Assembly (NCBI RefSeq): GCF_026210795.1
Contig: NC_089431.1
Location: 2,356,001 to 2,420,000 of the forward strand
Source: Rhizophagus irregularis
Lineage: Eukaryota
Direction of reading: 5' to 3'
DNA length: 64,000 nt
A model generated the notes under the pieces. The model made no database searches, was not told the origin of the DNA, and saw only the letters and a program-made list of their open reading frames with translations. The translations under genes were made by a program, and so were the position numbers. Every line of letters begins with the position of its first letter. Position 1 is the stretch's first letter. Of the stretch, positions 25,376-39,024 are shown piece by piece.

Positions 25376-26835
25376 ATTATTTGGATTTTAATAAAATTTA
25401 TTATAAATGATGAAACTGCTAAAACTTTACTGAAACTATAATAGAACTATAATAAAATCTAGATAACCAGTTTTATAAGATCTCATAAATCTTTAAAATC
25501 ACATTTTTAGCAAGTTGTTACCTTTTTTTAAAGTTAAAATAAAGGTTATGCAATTTTTTTAATTCTTTGTGATTGAATTTATAATTTAAAAAAAGGTATC
25601 AAAATAATTAGACTTACTGGATGCTGAGAAAATTGTAAAAAATGATTTTTTAAGTTTTAGTAAAAAGGGTTGATTTTAGCTAAAAGTACTTTATGATTCT
25701 ATATATTAAATTTCTGGGGTTCTGTAACTTATTTTATAAATAGATAGATTGTTTTACTGTATGTAACCTATTTTATAAGTATATGAATTGTATTTTTAAT
25801 TAAATTTAAAAAAAAAGAGGTAATATAATAAATTAATACTAAATTTAATTACCCCTTAATTAACTAATTACATCAAAATGGGTTTATTATGGACCGATCT
25901 ACTGATCAGAAATGATTTACTTTTCCATTATACGAAACAAAAAGAATTCTTAATTTAATATTCAACTGATTTTTATTGCATTTGAATTTAAAAAGTAAAT
26001 AATTCTAAGTCTGAAGATCAAACAAGATCTGAAAATTATTTTAAATATAATATTATTACATTTAAAGTAAAGTAAATTAAGGAATTTATAATTCTAAATG
26101 CGAACAGCGAAACCTGCCAAAATTGTTAAATATGTTTGTGAAAAAAATTAAATATTACTAGTCAGTAGTCACTACCCAAAATTAGGGTGAGTTTCACGCA
26201 GAGTGGCCTGAAATTTAGTCCAAATGCTGGTATGGTAATGATCACCAGATTTACAAATCATGTGCATTATCTGTTCAGTTGCCCAAAACGCCAAAACTCA
26301 AAAAATTGCTGACCTGTATTGCGTATGAACATCAGAACATCAGCATGTGACCGTGTGACCACGTTATACTTTTAATACTTTTAACCTTCATTATAATTAT
26401 CCGTCTAGGGTAATAAACAGTAAACAAACAAAAAAGAAATCATTTTCGTTAATATATACAAAATAGTAGAACAAATATGAAAAATAAGTTAAATTTGGGA
26501 ACGTTTCACCCAATCAAAAAAAATTAAAATCATGCAATGAATGAAGGTAAATTATTATTCGATAATCAGGAAAGAATCCTACATGATTGAGATTGTTGTT
26601 TGTGGTAGGTCTTTTTGAAAGTCAATGCAACAAAAGACTTTTGTACAAGAGTGGGATTGTGAATGAAGAAAGAATTGAAATACAAATCTAAAATCCAGAT
26701 TCATATAAAGATAATCCGCTGCAAGTATATGCTAATTACAAGGTTTTGCATTACATTATGAGAACTTCTATATAAACAATCCAAGTTCGATGTTTGAATG
26801 ACAGAATTTTATAAAAAAAAAAAAATTCTAAAAAT

Positions 26836-27988
26836 ATGACGACCCCGACGGATAGAGAATTATCAGATGTTACTCTTGCTTTAGAAAAACTTTGGGAATT
26901 AGATGAGAATAGATTACAACCTGGTGTCGATGTATGTAATTTAAAACATAAAAGTGAAGCTTAAAAAGTTATAAAGTGTTGAAAAAAAAAAATATTTTTT
27001 TTTTTGTAGTATGCTCTTAATTTAGTTTTAGCTCGTGGAAGAAGTAAAGTATCCTCTTTCAAAATTTTTCATTAATCAATTTAAAAAATCAGGGATAAAT
27101 CTTATTTCTATTTACAGGTGATAATACATCAAAAAAGTTATTCGAATTTGTAGACGGTAAAGTTGGTAAAATACCAACCTTTCAATTATTCTATCATTTA
27201 CTTGATAATTACATTCCACAAACCGGAATTCCGGAAGAAGTTGATACTCATGAATTGGAAGAAAATCGAGCTTTTATTAAAGCATGTTTAGAAACTTCTC
27301 CAATGATTTATACCTACAATTACTTAAAAGCCAAGAATAAAATTAAGGGAAGTATGGCAGATTTTGAAAAACAACTTCACAAAATATGGTTTGATTTATA
27401 TAGAAGAGAGGGTGAAGATGATTCTTCTGCATTTGAACATGTTTTTGTTGGTGAAGTTAGAGATGGTGAAGCAAAAGGTATATAATATTATGATTTCGGG
27501 TTAAAGATTTTTTTTTAGAAAATTAATATTCTTTTGGGATATTTTTTGTAGCATTTCATAATTGGATTACGTTTTATTTCAACGAGAAAGTTGGTAAAAT
27601 TGATTATGAAGGTTTCGTATCAAATAAAAAGAACAGAAATGAAGAAGTAAGTACCCTTTTAGAATTTTCTTCTTGTAATTTATTAAAATCGAATCACTAT
27701 AAGACATTTCATCTCAAACATAATTTTTAGCCCGATCCAAACTCTCATGTAATTGAGATAAGATTTTCATTTGAAGGAGCCAAAAAACCATTTTCAACTT
27801 CATTTGTTGGTACTTCTCCAGAATTTGAATTATCGATGTATACTCTACTTTATTATATTGGTAAAGAAAATACCAAAGTAACATTTGATGATGTTAACCT
27901 AAATATCAAAGTTTTTCCTTTCTTTGAGAAAGGTGGACATGGTGAAAGATTAATAGGTTCTGCTTTTCCTATGGTTGTTTACAATTAA
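26836..27988 (+). CDS. ENDOU: Poly(U)-specific endoribonuclease, EndoU/XendoU family (spliced, 5 exons)
   Basis: Motifs LWELDENRL, LLDNY, SSAFEHVFVGE…AFHNW, KP…SFVGTSPEFELSMYTL and IGSAFP. GT-AG introns join the exons in frame. Confidence 0.92.
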
Positions 27989-28597
27989 TGTATGATATAA
28001 TATTATTTAATGTTTGTTATAATCAAAATAAAGAATCACTATGCGTTAAACTACACTAACCTTTATTAGATAATTAATTGATAATTTGAAGTCCGGTTGA
28101 GCCTAACCATTATCATTATCACCATTGTTATACAGTTTCATTCAATTTAGACTAATATGAGAAATTTCTTGAAATTTATCATTTAAATAAATATTTTAAT
28201 ACAAACAAGGTTTTACTAAATATTTATGTATTATGTACGTATATGCGGAAGTTCCGTCAATATATATCATTACAAGCTTTCTAAAAGAAAATTAACTTCC
28301 TCTTTTACTTTTCGCATTTGATATTCCCATGGTAATATTTAAAGGACAACGCCAACAGGAAATTAGCTTGAAAAAAAATAGATTAGTCATTTTTCACAGA
28401 ATTAGCGCAAATACAGTACATTTGAAACAATAAAAACAATTAATAACAATAAAATTTTGAATTATATTAAAATAGTTATTTAAATTTATAAATTTCGAAT
28501 TGAGAATATTCGCTAGCAATTAAATACAATTAATAATAAATTAATAGTGTGAGAAAAAATAAAAAATAAACATTCAAGTGGCTAAAATATATTGTGT

Positions 28598-29365
28598 TTA
28601 AGCATTAAAAAATTTCCAGCCGTTACGGTAAGACAAGCTAAAAATGGTTAATAGAAGGCCAAATTCCACAATACCAAAGAATATTTTTGCTATTTTACTA
28701 TCCACCAAAATTTCAACAAGCAACATAATAATCGCTATTCCTAAATAGAACCAAGTTATAATTTCAACTGAAATAGCTGATCCACGTGCGAATGTATTCA
28801 TAACTAAAGCCGAAAGTAATCCCAATAAAAGATCACGTGCTAATCTTGCTGCTCGTTTTGCACCATTTCCACCATTCACCTAATAATTGTTCATTGCGTT
28901 CATTGCGTTAGCAAAAATTTAGAAAAAGAATGTATTCAAAAAGGATTAATTACTTACGAAACGAGAGAATCCTTTGTTTCTGGGGTTATTATTATTACGG
29001 TCACCACTTTCAACACCGTCACCACCACGAGTATAATTTCTATCTCTCGTGGTGTAATCTAATAATCTGTATAATTTAAATTTTATGCACAAAATAATTA
29101 ATTAATAATTAATATACAAACGATAATTATTTTAATTTTTTTGAATTTTTCATGATGCCACTTACGAAATAAGTGCCCAAATAATCCAAAGAATCCAAAA
29201 GGCAATCCATGTATTACGGACGGCTCTTCTCGAAATAAAAGATTCCAATGACTCAGAATTCCCACCTGCATTTCCTCCTGCTTGAGCAAGAACAGGAAGA
29301 ATGTCGTTAAATAATTTTGCAACTACAAGAGCGGTTGCTATACGAGTTGAAGTTGAAACTTGCAT
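28598..29365 (-). CDS. Small multi-pass membrane protein of unknown function (spliced, 3 exons)
   Basis: Signal-peptide-like N-terminus (…ILPVLAQ), one TM segment (TWIAFWILWIIWAL), a polar linker exon at ~28958-29087, then about 3 hydrophobic segments in 28598-28879. GT-AG junctions present. Confidence 0.7.
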
Positions 29366-30635
29366 TATTAAAAATTAAAAAAATTGGTTGTGTTGAGGAA
29401 GGAGAATATTGATTCTATTTATTTAAAAAAATTTTTTTTTTAATGATGTAGAATTGAGTTCATTTTTAAAATTGTTACATTACAAATTATTTATTTTATA
29501 ACACGAGCATTTTTTCATTTTTCCATTCTCTGAAATTATATTGTGATATTTATGACGCGATTTGAATTTTGTTATATGTTAAATATATCAACTGATTGGA
29601 CCAAAATGTACTAGTGATTTACATACACTAATTCAATAATGACGCGAGAATAAAAAAAAAAAGCATAGTTTCGGTTTCGGCTAAAAATTATTTAAATTTA
29701 TTTTTGATTTTTCAAGGAATTATAATTTAACCGAGCAATAAATTTCGTGACGTATATGAGAATTACCTAGTTTTTACTTTTGTGATATGAAATACTCCCA
29801 CCCTTCATTATTATTAATTAATTGATGTATAAAAATGTATGATTAGACTTTTATGGTTTTATGACTATTGAAAGAAATCATATGAATGAAGGATAATAAT
29901 GGATGGGTCATTCATTAATGATAATGATTATTAATTAGATTTTTCAGAAAGTGATTAATAATAACGTTATTATCTAATCCAATGTACTGTATGAACCAAT
30001 CAGTTATGATAGAACAATTTAAACAATGAATTTCGTCAGAAGCACTTTTTTTTTTTTGATAATCTTTCAACAAATTCTTTATCCGGATTTTTATTTATAA
30101 AAATTGATTAGACGCAGCAATGAGTAAAGCAACTTCCAATTAGGGTTAAGAAAGCGGCAAAATAGATTAAAGAGTCGAGTCCATATAAAGAATAATTTAT
30201 CTGATAGAAGATGAATTCTGAAAAGTATTGAATGTGAAAGTTAAACGGGATGCTAATATTATTTACTTAATTTAGAAATGGGTTAAAACAAATTTGGATT
30301 GTGTACTGTCTCCTGTTACTGAAAATTTTTTACCGCTTGAAAAAATAAAATTTACGAGCTTTCTTTGGGCTGAAATCACTGAAATCATCATCCATTAAGT
30401 TGTACAATTAGCAAGCTTAAATTAAAATTACCTTTTTTTTTTTATTAAACGAACTTTCTATATTAATTTGTGGTACAGTGTAAATAATTTAATTTTTTTT
30501 TGTGTTATATACTATATTAATCTATAAACCGAATCCTATTTTTTGTTTTATCAACTGATTCTATATAATACAATGAATGATATTGTTCTCTTAAAATAAT
30601 TGTCTTTTTTTAATTTGATCTTAAGCATTTAAAAA

Positions 30636-31833
30636 TTAAAGATTGGCCGGACAATGTACGTATCTTTGTTGGAAAAACCATAAAGAAGCCTTATAATGTT
30701 CATAAATTCCGATACATACACAAACGTGCCATAGTGAATGACTATGAATTCCGAATCGATCCAATTTTCCAGGCCATTTTCTTTCAGGATATCTATTGGC
30801 ATAAATCCAAACACCTGTGAGATAGGCAAAAATACTGGAAATTATAGGTTGAATAAAATTAAATGTATGATCGAATCCGTGAAGTAGGATCTTATGTGCT
30901 AAAGGAAATAGTCCGGAACAACCAAGCATTATGAAAAGTACAACACGGAATAAACGGAATTGTTTTGTGTCAAACCACGGGAACATTGAGCATGCAATTG
31001 GAACAAGACCGGATAGCGATGTAAAGGTAATATAAAATACACTTAAAGATGTTGAACAATAAAAACTGTAATATTCGGTGATCAAGATAGAGGCTGTGAT
31101 CAAGAGAGATATCCCAATATAATCAAATGTAGCTGCACATTTCATTACTGGAATGTGTGCACAATGGATAAATGTATGATACATGACCGAACAAACCAAG
31201 CTAAAATTCATAAAATGATTTCATTTAATAAAAGTTCTAGTAATTCGAAAAAGAAAAAAAAGGAAATTACAAAAATACCATTTTGCTGCAGCCGTAAAAA
31301 AGATTGCAAAAAAAAGTTTATCGAACATAGTTGCATTTTCTAAATGAGTCAAGATTGAATATACACCTAGACACAAAAAGAACACAAACCCCAAAAGATG
31401 TGTCCAAATATTACAGGTTTCATTGTGAAGCCAAAAGATAGATTGGAGACATTGTTTTTTAGTTGACAAGAAACGATATCCGGAACGAATATATCTAAAT
31501 AATAAAAAAAAAGGTTGAATTAATTTCTATTCTTTGCATAATAATGAAATTAGTGGTTCATGAAAAATAACTTTGAAACGTATCATCATAATCAACCGAT
31601 TTATTATGTACTTACGGATTTTCTTGCCACTCTTTGGGCAGCTCCTCAAAGTGCAGTAAGCGATATGCGCCTAATTTTGCGGCTATACTTATAGCATTGT
31701 AGGTATCAACTACATGCTGGTCCACACATTTGAGGATCCCAGTAGAGTCAATATCTTCCATCTCTTTTATTGTTTCTCGAAGGAAAGAAGTTGGCTCATC
31801 AACTTCAATATATTTTTCTTCTTTTTGATACAT
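30636..31833 (-). CDS. PAQR/IZH (hemolysin III, adiponectin-receptor-like) membrane protein, 3 exons
   Basis: Motifs ELPKEWQENP/YIRSGYR, HNETCNIWTH, SVMYHTF, DYIGI and PERKWPGKLD…HSHSLWH. Confidence 0.93.
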
Positions 31834-33058
31834 TTTGAAAGAATAAAAGTATATTAACTATATTAAAAGAAGGAATACGGTTATAGAAGGTATATTTTTA
31901 TTATGTGAGAGGAATTGAAATGGATTGAAGGAGATTTAAAGAGGGAAATATGTGTTATATTCTCGCCTATTTATAGTTGTTTATAAATATGCACCTCGGT
32001 ATTTTATGGTATTTATGGGACGAACCGGGTTTACGAGAAATCAGGTAAAATAAAGAAAACACTGCAAAAGAAAAAAAAAGGGAAGGATATCGTAAACGAG
32101 ACTATCTTTTGTGGTTTTTGTGGTTTTTGTGGTCAAATTTTGGGGTTACAACCACGACCCTGCATTCGTAATTGATCAAATACATATATATACTACATGA
32201 TCACTTCTATTCCAAAAAAAAAAACCGAGTTTTTTAAAAAATTCGATGGACTTTTCCGAATTTTAAGATTTTCAAATTAAATTAACCAAGTCTTAATTTG
32301 GAGTATAAAAACCACTTTACCATTCCTTTTCCGTATCTACTACCATTTTTTTAATACATTGTTATTCTGAAAGTTGATCATCTAATTCGTAGCCTTTAAT
32401 TTGTTTTGTAACACGGCCGATTTCTAAGAACCCAAGATCACGTTTGTGCAAATCCGGACAATGATATTAATTCTGGTCAAATATGATTAAGTAATATTAT
32501 GTTTGTGCCGATTTTCTTAGTACAAAATCTAGATATTCCTTTAAAAGGTAAGTTTATGAGAATAAACTATAAAAATAAGCCAAAAGGCCAAATAATGATT
32601 GGTTTATCAAAAGAAAACCTTCCATAATTTATGATTTGGCAAAAATGAAAAAAACTGGTATTTTAAATTACGGCTGAACTGATAAGCCATAAACTAACAC
32701 TAATTTAAAAAGAACTTTGCCAATCAGAATCAAAATTAATAATATCATTTATTATACAGATTTATTTGTTTCATTATACTATCTCAAGTTGATAAAATTT
32801 AAATCAACATATACATGCATTATTAGCATTTAATAATTAGGAATATTATTTTGAGTTTTAAATTTACTCAAAATAGTTTTATAATTATTGTTCAGACAAG
32901 TTAGTTTCTATTAGATTAATATCATATATATTTGGTAATAATTATAATAAATTATATGATAAAAAACAAGTTTGAACTTGAATCAATATATTCATAATAA
33001 TAATTATCTAATCCATATAAAGATATAGATATTAAATAAAATAATTTCTTGGAATTCT

Positions 33059-33076
33059 TTAGTTATTGTTTGTATT

Positions 33077-33109
<33 letters not shown>

Positions 33110-34556
33110 TTCTTCATCATCTTCATCTTTTTCATCATCATCATCATCATCTTCTTCTTCTTCTTGATCCCAAAACTCATGATTTGGATTTCTAGCTAAT
33201 AAATCGACATCTTCATTATCTATGAATTTTTACAATCAGAATTTTTAAAAATAAAAATTTTTTTTTTAAATATCATATATTAAGTTTTCTCGCACCTTTT
33301 TCGCGAGCTTGAGTATACTCTGCTTGCAGATCTTTTAACCAATCATTTTGAACTTTAACAACTTCTGTACTATCTTCACATTGTACATATTTTGATAATA
33401 ATTCACTAAACATTAAAGAAAAAACGTGTTAATGCATTTTGTGGAAAAAAAAAAAATCATGTATGCGATAACTTATTTCTACCCGTTAAGTGTAAGAAAT
33501 GAATGACCCCATTTAAATTTTGATAATATTTCTTGAGCGTACTCTTTGAACCCTATAAAGGTAAAATAAGAAATAAATATGAAATTTTTTAAATTCATAT
33601 GATTTTTGTATTTTTTTTCTACCGGTTATGTAAAAACAAGCGGCATATGCTTCAACACAATTTAATTTCCAAGGACGGCCATAATTTACGGGGTTTGTTG
33701 CTACTAAATATGGTACTACGTGGGAAAAAATGAATTTAACTACGGAGCTTTTAATGGATGAAAGAATTAATAAAAAAAAAAGGAATAATTTACATAATCG
33801 ATCATTTCCAGTTCTCAATTTACTGAATGGAACATTATCTAATTTAGACCAAGAGCAATCAATAACAGCTATTCCATATTCCTGTACGATTTCTCGATCT
33901 GCTGGTGAAACTGCTTTTTTTCCTTCTGGGCTAATAAAATATTAAAATAGACATGTATATTTAAGAATTTTAAAAGAATGAATAGAAAATCAAATAATTT
34001 TATACCTTAAAACGATTCCCCGAAATCTAGTTGACACTTTTAATTCTTTCACTATACCAAATCTAACCAATTTTTTACCTGAACATTTTTTTGGATCACA
34101 ATGTTCAAAATCCTATACACATTAGAAAATATATAAATTAATTAAAATATAAGTAAACATTTGTATTATAAGAATGAAACTTACCCACATTCCTAATGGC
34201 ATAGGAATGTTATTACCTTTATGTAAAAAGTCGTTTATGGTGACGGTGATGAAGATAAATTAGAAAGAAATTTTGATAAAATGATTCAGAGAATCAAAAG
34301 AACAAAGGTAGATCTAAACCTTTATGATCTAAGTCAATCATATCTGTCTCTCCACGGCCAAGAAAATTCTCTTCACTATTAAAATTCATTTAAATATAAA
34401 TCATAACAGATATTAAGTGTCAACAACATATATATCACACCTTATATCATTATTAATTGAGACATTCTGCTTATACCGATTATGTACATTTTTAGACTTT
34501 TTATTAGAAACAAAATTACGTCGTTGACTATTGACTTTTCCTTTATTTTTACCCAT
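33059..34556 (-). CDS. TSR3: 18S rRNA aminocarboxypropyltransferase Tsr3 (spliced)
   Basis: Motifs [49 protein letters not shown] and FKWGHSF, followed by an acidic C-terminal tail. Confidence 0.95.
33078..33165. repeat. (TCA/TCT)n coding microsatellite encoding the poly-Asp/Glu tail of Tsr3
   Basis: Run of tca/tct triplets that read as GAT/GAA codons on the minus strand. Confidence 0.9.
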
Positions 34557-34660
34557 TTTCCTTATAGATTATAATTTCAATATCCGATTTTTTCATGATC
34601 TCATCATAAAATACGCCTAAATATTTATTCCCACAAAGATCGACAATTCAATTCATAATC
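34557..34660. promoter_or_regulatory. Putative 104-bp bidirectional promoter between TSR3 and RtcA
   Basis: Divergent ATGs at 34556 (-) and 34661 (+). Confidence 0.65.
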
Positions 34661-36820
34661 ATGTCTTCAGATAAAGATGTTAAAACTAAAGTTTTAAGTC
34701 TCCTTGAAGATAGTAGACCAGATAAAGATGTTAAAACTGAAGTTTTAACTCTTGACGCAGGTCTCCTTGAAGGTGGTGGGCAAGGTAAAATATTTACTAT
34801 AAAAAATAAATATCGGTGATCATATATGAATAAAATTGTAAATGAGAATTTTCTTCAGTTATTCGAAATTGTATAGGCTTGAGGTAATTCTTCAACCGCT
34901 TTTGGATTTTTGTACTATTGTGTGTTGTGAAAATCATATTTCTAAATTTTAAAGCTATATTATTAGCTGTTTGTTAAATAAACCGGTAAAATTATTAAAT
35001 GCTAGAGCTAAACGCAAAGATCCTGGTTAGTATTTAGTAGATATTTAGATTTGTATCAGAATTTATTATTTCTTTGAAGCGTGTACTTGTATTTTAATTT
35101 GATCAAATTGATAATTAGGTTTAAAACCTCAGCATGCATCTGGACTTAAACTTATGCAAGATCTTTATCAAGCAGAATTGCAAGGAGGCAACGTAAGCAT
35201 TCTGATGTCTGATCTTCGAATTATTTTCATCGTTTCATATTAGAATTACTTTATAAATAGATCGGATCCCAAGAAATATATTTTAAACCAAATGGAGTAA
35301 ACACTAGTGACACTTTCATAGCTGATACCCAAACAGCAGGGTGATTAGTCATTTAATTAAATAGTTTGACATATATGATCTCTTTTTATTTTCGATCTGA
35401 ATAATTATTTTTGTATGTTGTTAGGAGTATTACATTATTGATTCAAATTTCCCTACCAGCCTTATTATTTTCGGCTCCACCACCAAAAAAAAAATTGTTT
35501 CTTCCACCAAGATCCAAAAAGGTTATACTCAAAGGTGGAACAACCGTTATTGCTTCTCCACCAATTGATTTTTTGATAGAGGTATTAACTAAATGTCATT
35601 ATCTTAATATTCTAATTAATATTTTAAAGTTTATTAAATCTTGCCGGTTTGTATAAAGGTATTTAAACCTATCGTAGAACGTGAATTTGGATTGCATTTT
35701 AATATTAACGTAGTAGGAAGAGGGTAGGATTAACTTTATTATTGTTAAATTTCGATGGATCAAATTATATTTTTATTTCGATAGATATTATCCTCAAGGT
35801 AAAGGAGAAGTAGTGTTACGGGTTGATCCAATCGTTGAAAGAACTCTAAAACCATTAAATTTGGTCGATCGTGGAGAAATCACTAAAGTTAGAGGGTAAA
35901 AATATATTTATTTGTATTAATTATTATTTTTCTTTTTTTTTTTGATATATAAAAAAATTTAACCCTTTTCAATCAACTTTTAAGACGCGTTACTATTGCG
36001 AACAAGTCGAAACAAGTAATTAATATATGATATATATTTTTATTGCCGATGATTTAAATACTTAAATATTTTATATAATTAATTGAGATTGGAAAACGAA
36101 TGGCTACTGCCGCGTCTGAAGTATTAACAGAAGCAGCTTTACCTGAACTTGAAAATATTCAATTCGATATAGAAATTAATTCTGAAAAGATCAATGCTGG
36201 AAAAGGGTCTGAAATTTTGTAGGATGGTGAAAATTAATTTTATGTTTGGAATCTATGTCAAATAAATTTTTTTACGCGTTACAGTTTAATTAGATTATGG
36301 GCAGAGACAAGTACTGGATGTATTATAAGTGGAAATGATATAAGTAATAAAAGTGTGTAAATAAAAACGTTTTTAGAATGGCGAAAAAAAATAATAACTG
36401 ATTTTTTTAATAACACAGAAGAAACACCTGAAGAAGTAGGGAAAAATGCGGCCGAAAAATTTATACGAAATATTAAACATGGAGGATGCGTAGACGAGTA
36501 AGTAAATTAAAGATTTCTTTGTATAAATAAACTTCAACTATTTTAACGCTTTTTTTAAAAAATATTATAGACATCTACAAGATCAATTAATCATTTTTAT
36601 GGCATTAGCTGAAAGTAGATCAAAATTAGTTTCAGGTCCTATAACTTTACATACTCGTACAGCCATACATTTTATTGAAACTATGTCAGGTGCAAAATTT
36701 CATATTAAAAAACTCGATTCATCTGAATCATTAGTAAATATACAAGATAATTCGCTAGATTGGGATGAAGGCATGTATTTGATAGAGTGTGAAGGAATTG
36801 GTTTAATGGTCTCAGAATAA
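34661..36820 (+). CDS. RTCA: RNA 3'-terminal phosphate cyclase RtcA (about 13 short exons)
   Basis: Motifs LLEGGGQVIR, PGLKPQH, DTQTAGSITLLIQ, GYYPQG and GGCVDEHLQDQLIIFMALA. The motif GPITLHTRTAIH carries the adenylated His of RtcA; Rcl1 lacks it. Confidence 0.92.
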
Positions 36821-36882
36821 TAATGAGATTTATTTAAATATAAAAATTGAAGAAACAAAAATGTCATTTATCGTGTCATAAT

Positions 36883-39024
36883 TTATAATCCACCCATACT
36901 AACATATTTTAAATCAATAAAATCGTCAATACCATATTTGGAACCTATCAAAAAATAATGAGAGTTTATATATATAATATGATGATAATTAATATAGGAA
37001 AATTTCTTACCTTCACGTCCCAATCCTGATTCTTTAATCTATCATCAAGACAATAACAAAAGAATCAGTAAATTAAGTTTATAAGCATTTGAACAACATT
37101 AATAAAAATATCACTTACCCCACCAAATGGTGCTTCGCAATTGTGTATAATCCCAGTATTGACACCAACCATACCAACTTCTAAAGCATTAGCTACACGC
37201 CAACATCTTCCGATGTCTCTACTATAAAAATATCCCGCCAACCCATACGGACTATCATTTGCTAGTTTCATAACTTCATCTTCCGTTTCAAATTTATATA
37301 AAGCAGCTATTGGGCCAAATGTCTCCTCGGATGTAATAACCATTTCTTTAGTCATATTAGTGAGAACTGTAGGATAAAAAAAATTTCCTGTATGTTTTGT
37401 ACCCCCTATAAGTATTTCAGCACCTTTTGCTACAGCATCTTCAACATGTCTCGTCACCTTATTTACAGCTCTTTGATTAATCAAAGGACCATGAGTTGTT
37501 TTTGGATCGAATCCATTTCCTACTTGAAATCCACTAACTTTATCCGCTAATCTAGATGCAAATTCTGCATAAATTGATGATTGTACATAAATACGATTTG
37601 CAGCAATGCAAGCTTGACCCATTGCACGGAACTTGCATGCAATAGCACCTGAAAATAAAATAAATCATATTACTTTCCAACATTTTTGATAGAAATCCAT
37701 TTTTAAATTAGAAAATCAGACCTTCAACAGCTGAATCTATATCAGCGTCATCAAATATAATGAATGGCGCGTTTCCTCCTAATTCTAAAGAGATGTTCTT
37801 TAATGTACTAGAACTTTGTTCCATCAAAAGTTTACCCACTGCAGACTGTTAAAATGAAAATAAAATTTAACTCAATTAAAATAGATCTGTTTCACATTTA
37901 AAATAAAATTAAATACCGAGCCGGTGAAAGATATTTTCTTCACATCCAAATTAGTACAAAGTTCCAAACCAACTTCTTTAATATGCTTATCAGTTGTTAC
38001 CACATTAATAACTCCTTTTGGAAACCCTGATCTTACAGCCAATTCGGCTAAAGCTAAAGCTGAATATGGTGTTTCTGGTGCAGGTTTTATTACGACAGTA
38101 CATCCAGCCGCTAATGCTGCGCTTACTTTACGTGTAATCATGGCGCTTGGAAAATTCCAAGGAGTAATTAATCCAACAACTCCAATAGGTTGTTTTTCCA
38201 CTATGATTTTATGATTTTTAAAAGGTGATGGTATTACATCACCATAAACACGTCTAGACTCTTGTGCAAACCACTCAACAAAAGTGGCACCATATCTTAT
38301 TTCACCTAAGGATTCATTATATGATTTACCATTTTCAAGAGTAAGAATAGTGGCAAGATCGTTTTGATTTTCCAAAATTTGAGAGTGCAAAGCTAAAAGA
38401 AAATCATGTCGATTCTAAATAGAGAATATAAGAAGTTTTTTTTGTTTCCCTTACTTAAATCCTATTCAGCTGAATAAAAACATATTTCGAATTATAATAA
38501 GATAGGCAGATACCTTTGCAGTTAAATTTGCCCATTCTTTAAAAGCACTTTTAGCCGCCTTTATAGCTTCCCTGATATCTTCAACATTCATCTCAGGAAC
38601 CTTTCCAATTTCATTTTCAGTTGCAGGGTCTGATTAAATAACAATTGGATTGGTCTTAATGTGAATTTCCTATCAAAGCAATTATTTTTACTTATAACTT
38701 TATCTTACCTATTACTGAATATGTTTCTCCCGATTTTGCGTTTACCCATTCATTATTTATAAAAGCACTTTTACAAAACAATGAAGGGTCTTTAAACTAA
38801 ATATTTTTCGATGGTTTAATGTAAAAAATTTATTTTTTTAAAAAAATTTATTTCATTTTGCTTTTTTTACAAAAAAGAATTAATAAATAGACGACTATAA
38901 TACCAAATTATGTTAAAAAACGAACCTTCGGTGATTTAATTTCTGTAGCGAAGTTACGACTCATTTTTAGAGAGGTGAAAGTATGCGTTCGAAATATCTT
39001 CGAGCTATGTTTCAATAAAGTCAT
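36883..39024 (-). CDS. Succinate-semialdehyde dehydrogenase (ALDH5/Uga2-like), probable mitochondrial presequence
   Basis: Motifs [45 protein letters not shown] and [17 protein letters not shown]-terminus [27 protein letters not shown]. Confidence 0.92.

Noticed and set aside
27044..27060. Possible U12-type 5' splice site gtatcct in EndoU
   Set aside because: Only the upstream gtaaag donor keeps the frame, and the motif is not a full GTATCCTT. I saw no U12 donor in the other genes either.
34661..36820. Calling the cyclase gene RCL1
   Set aside because: It has EGGGQ and the catalytic-His motif TLHTRTA typical of RtcA, not Rcl1.
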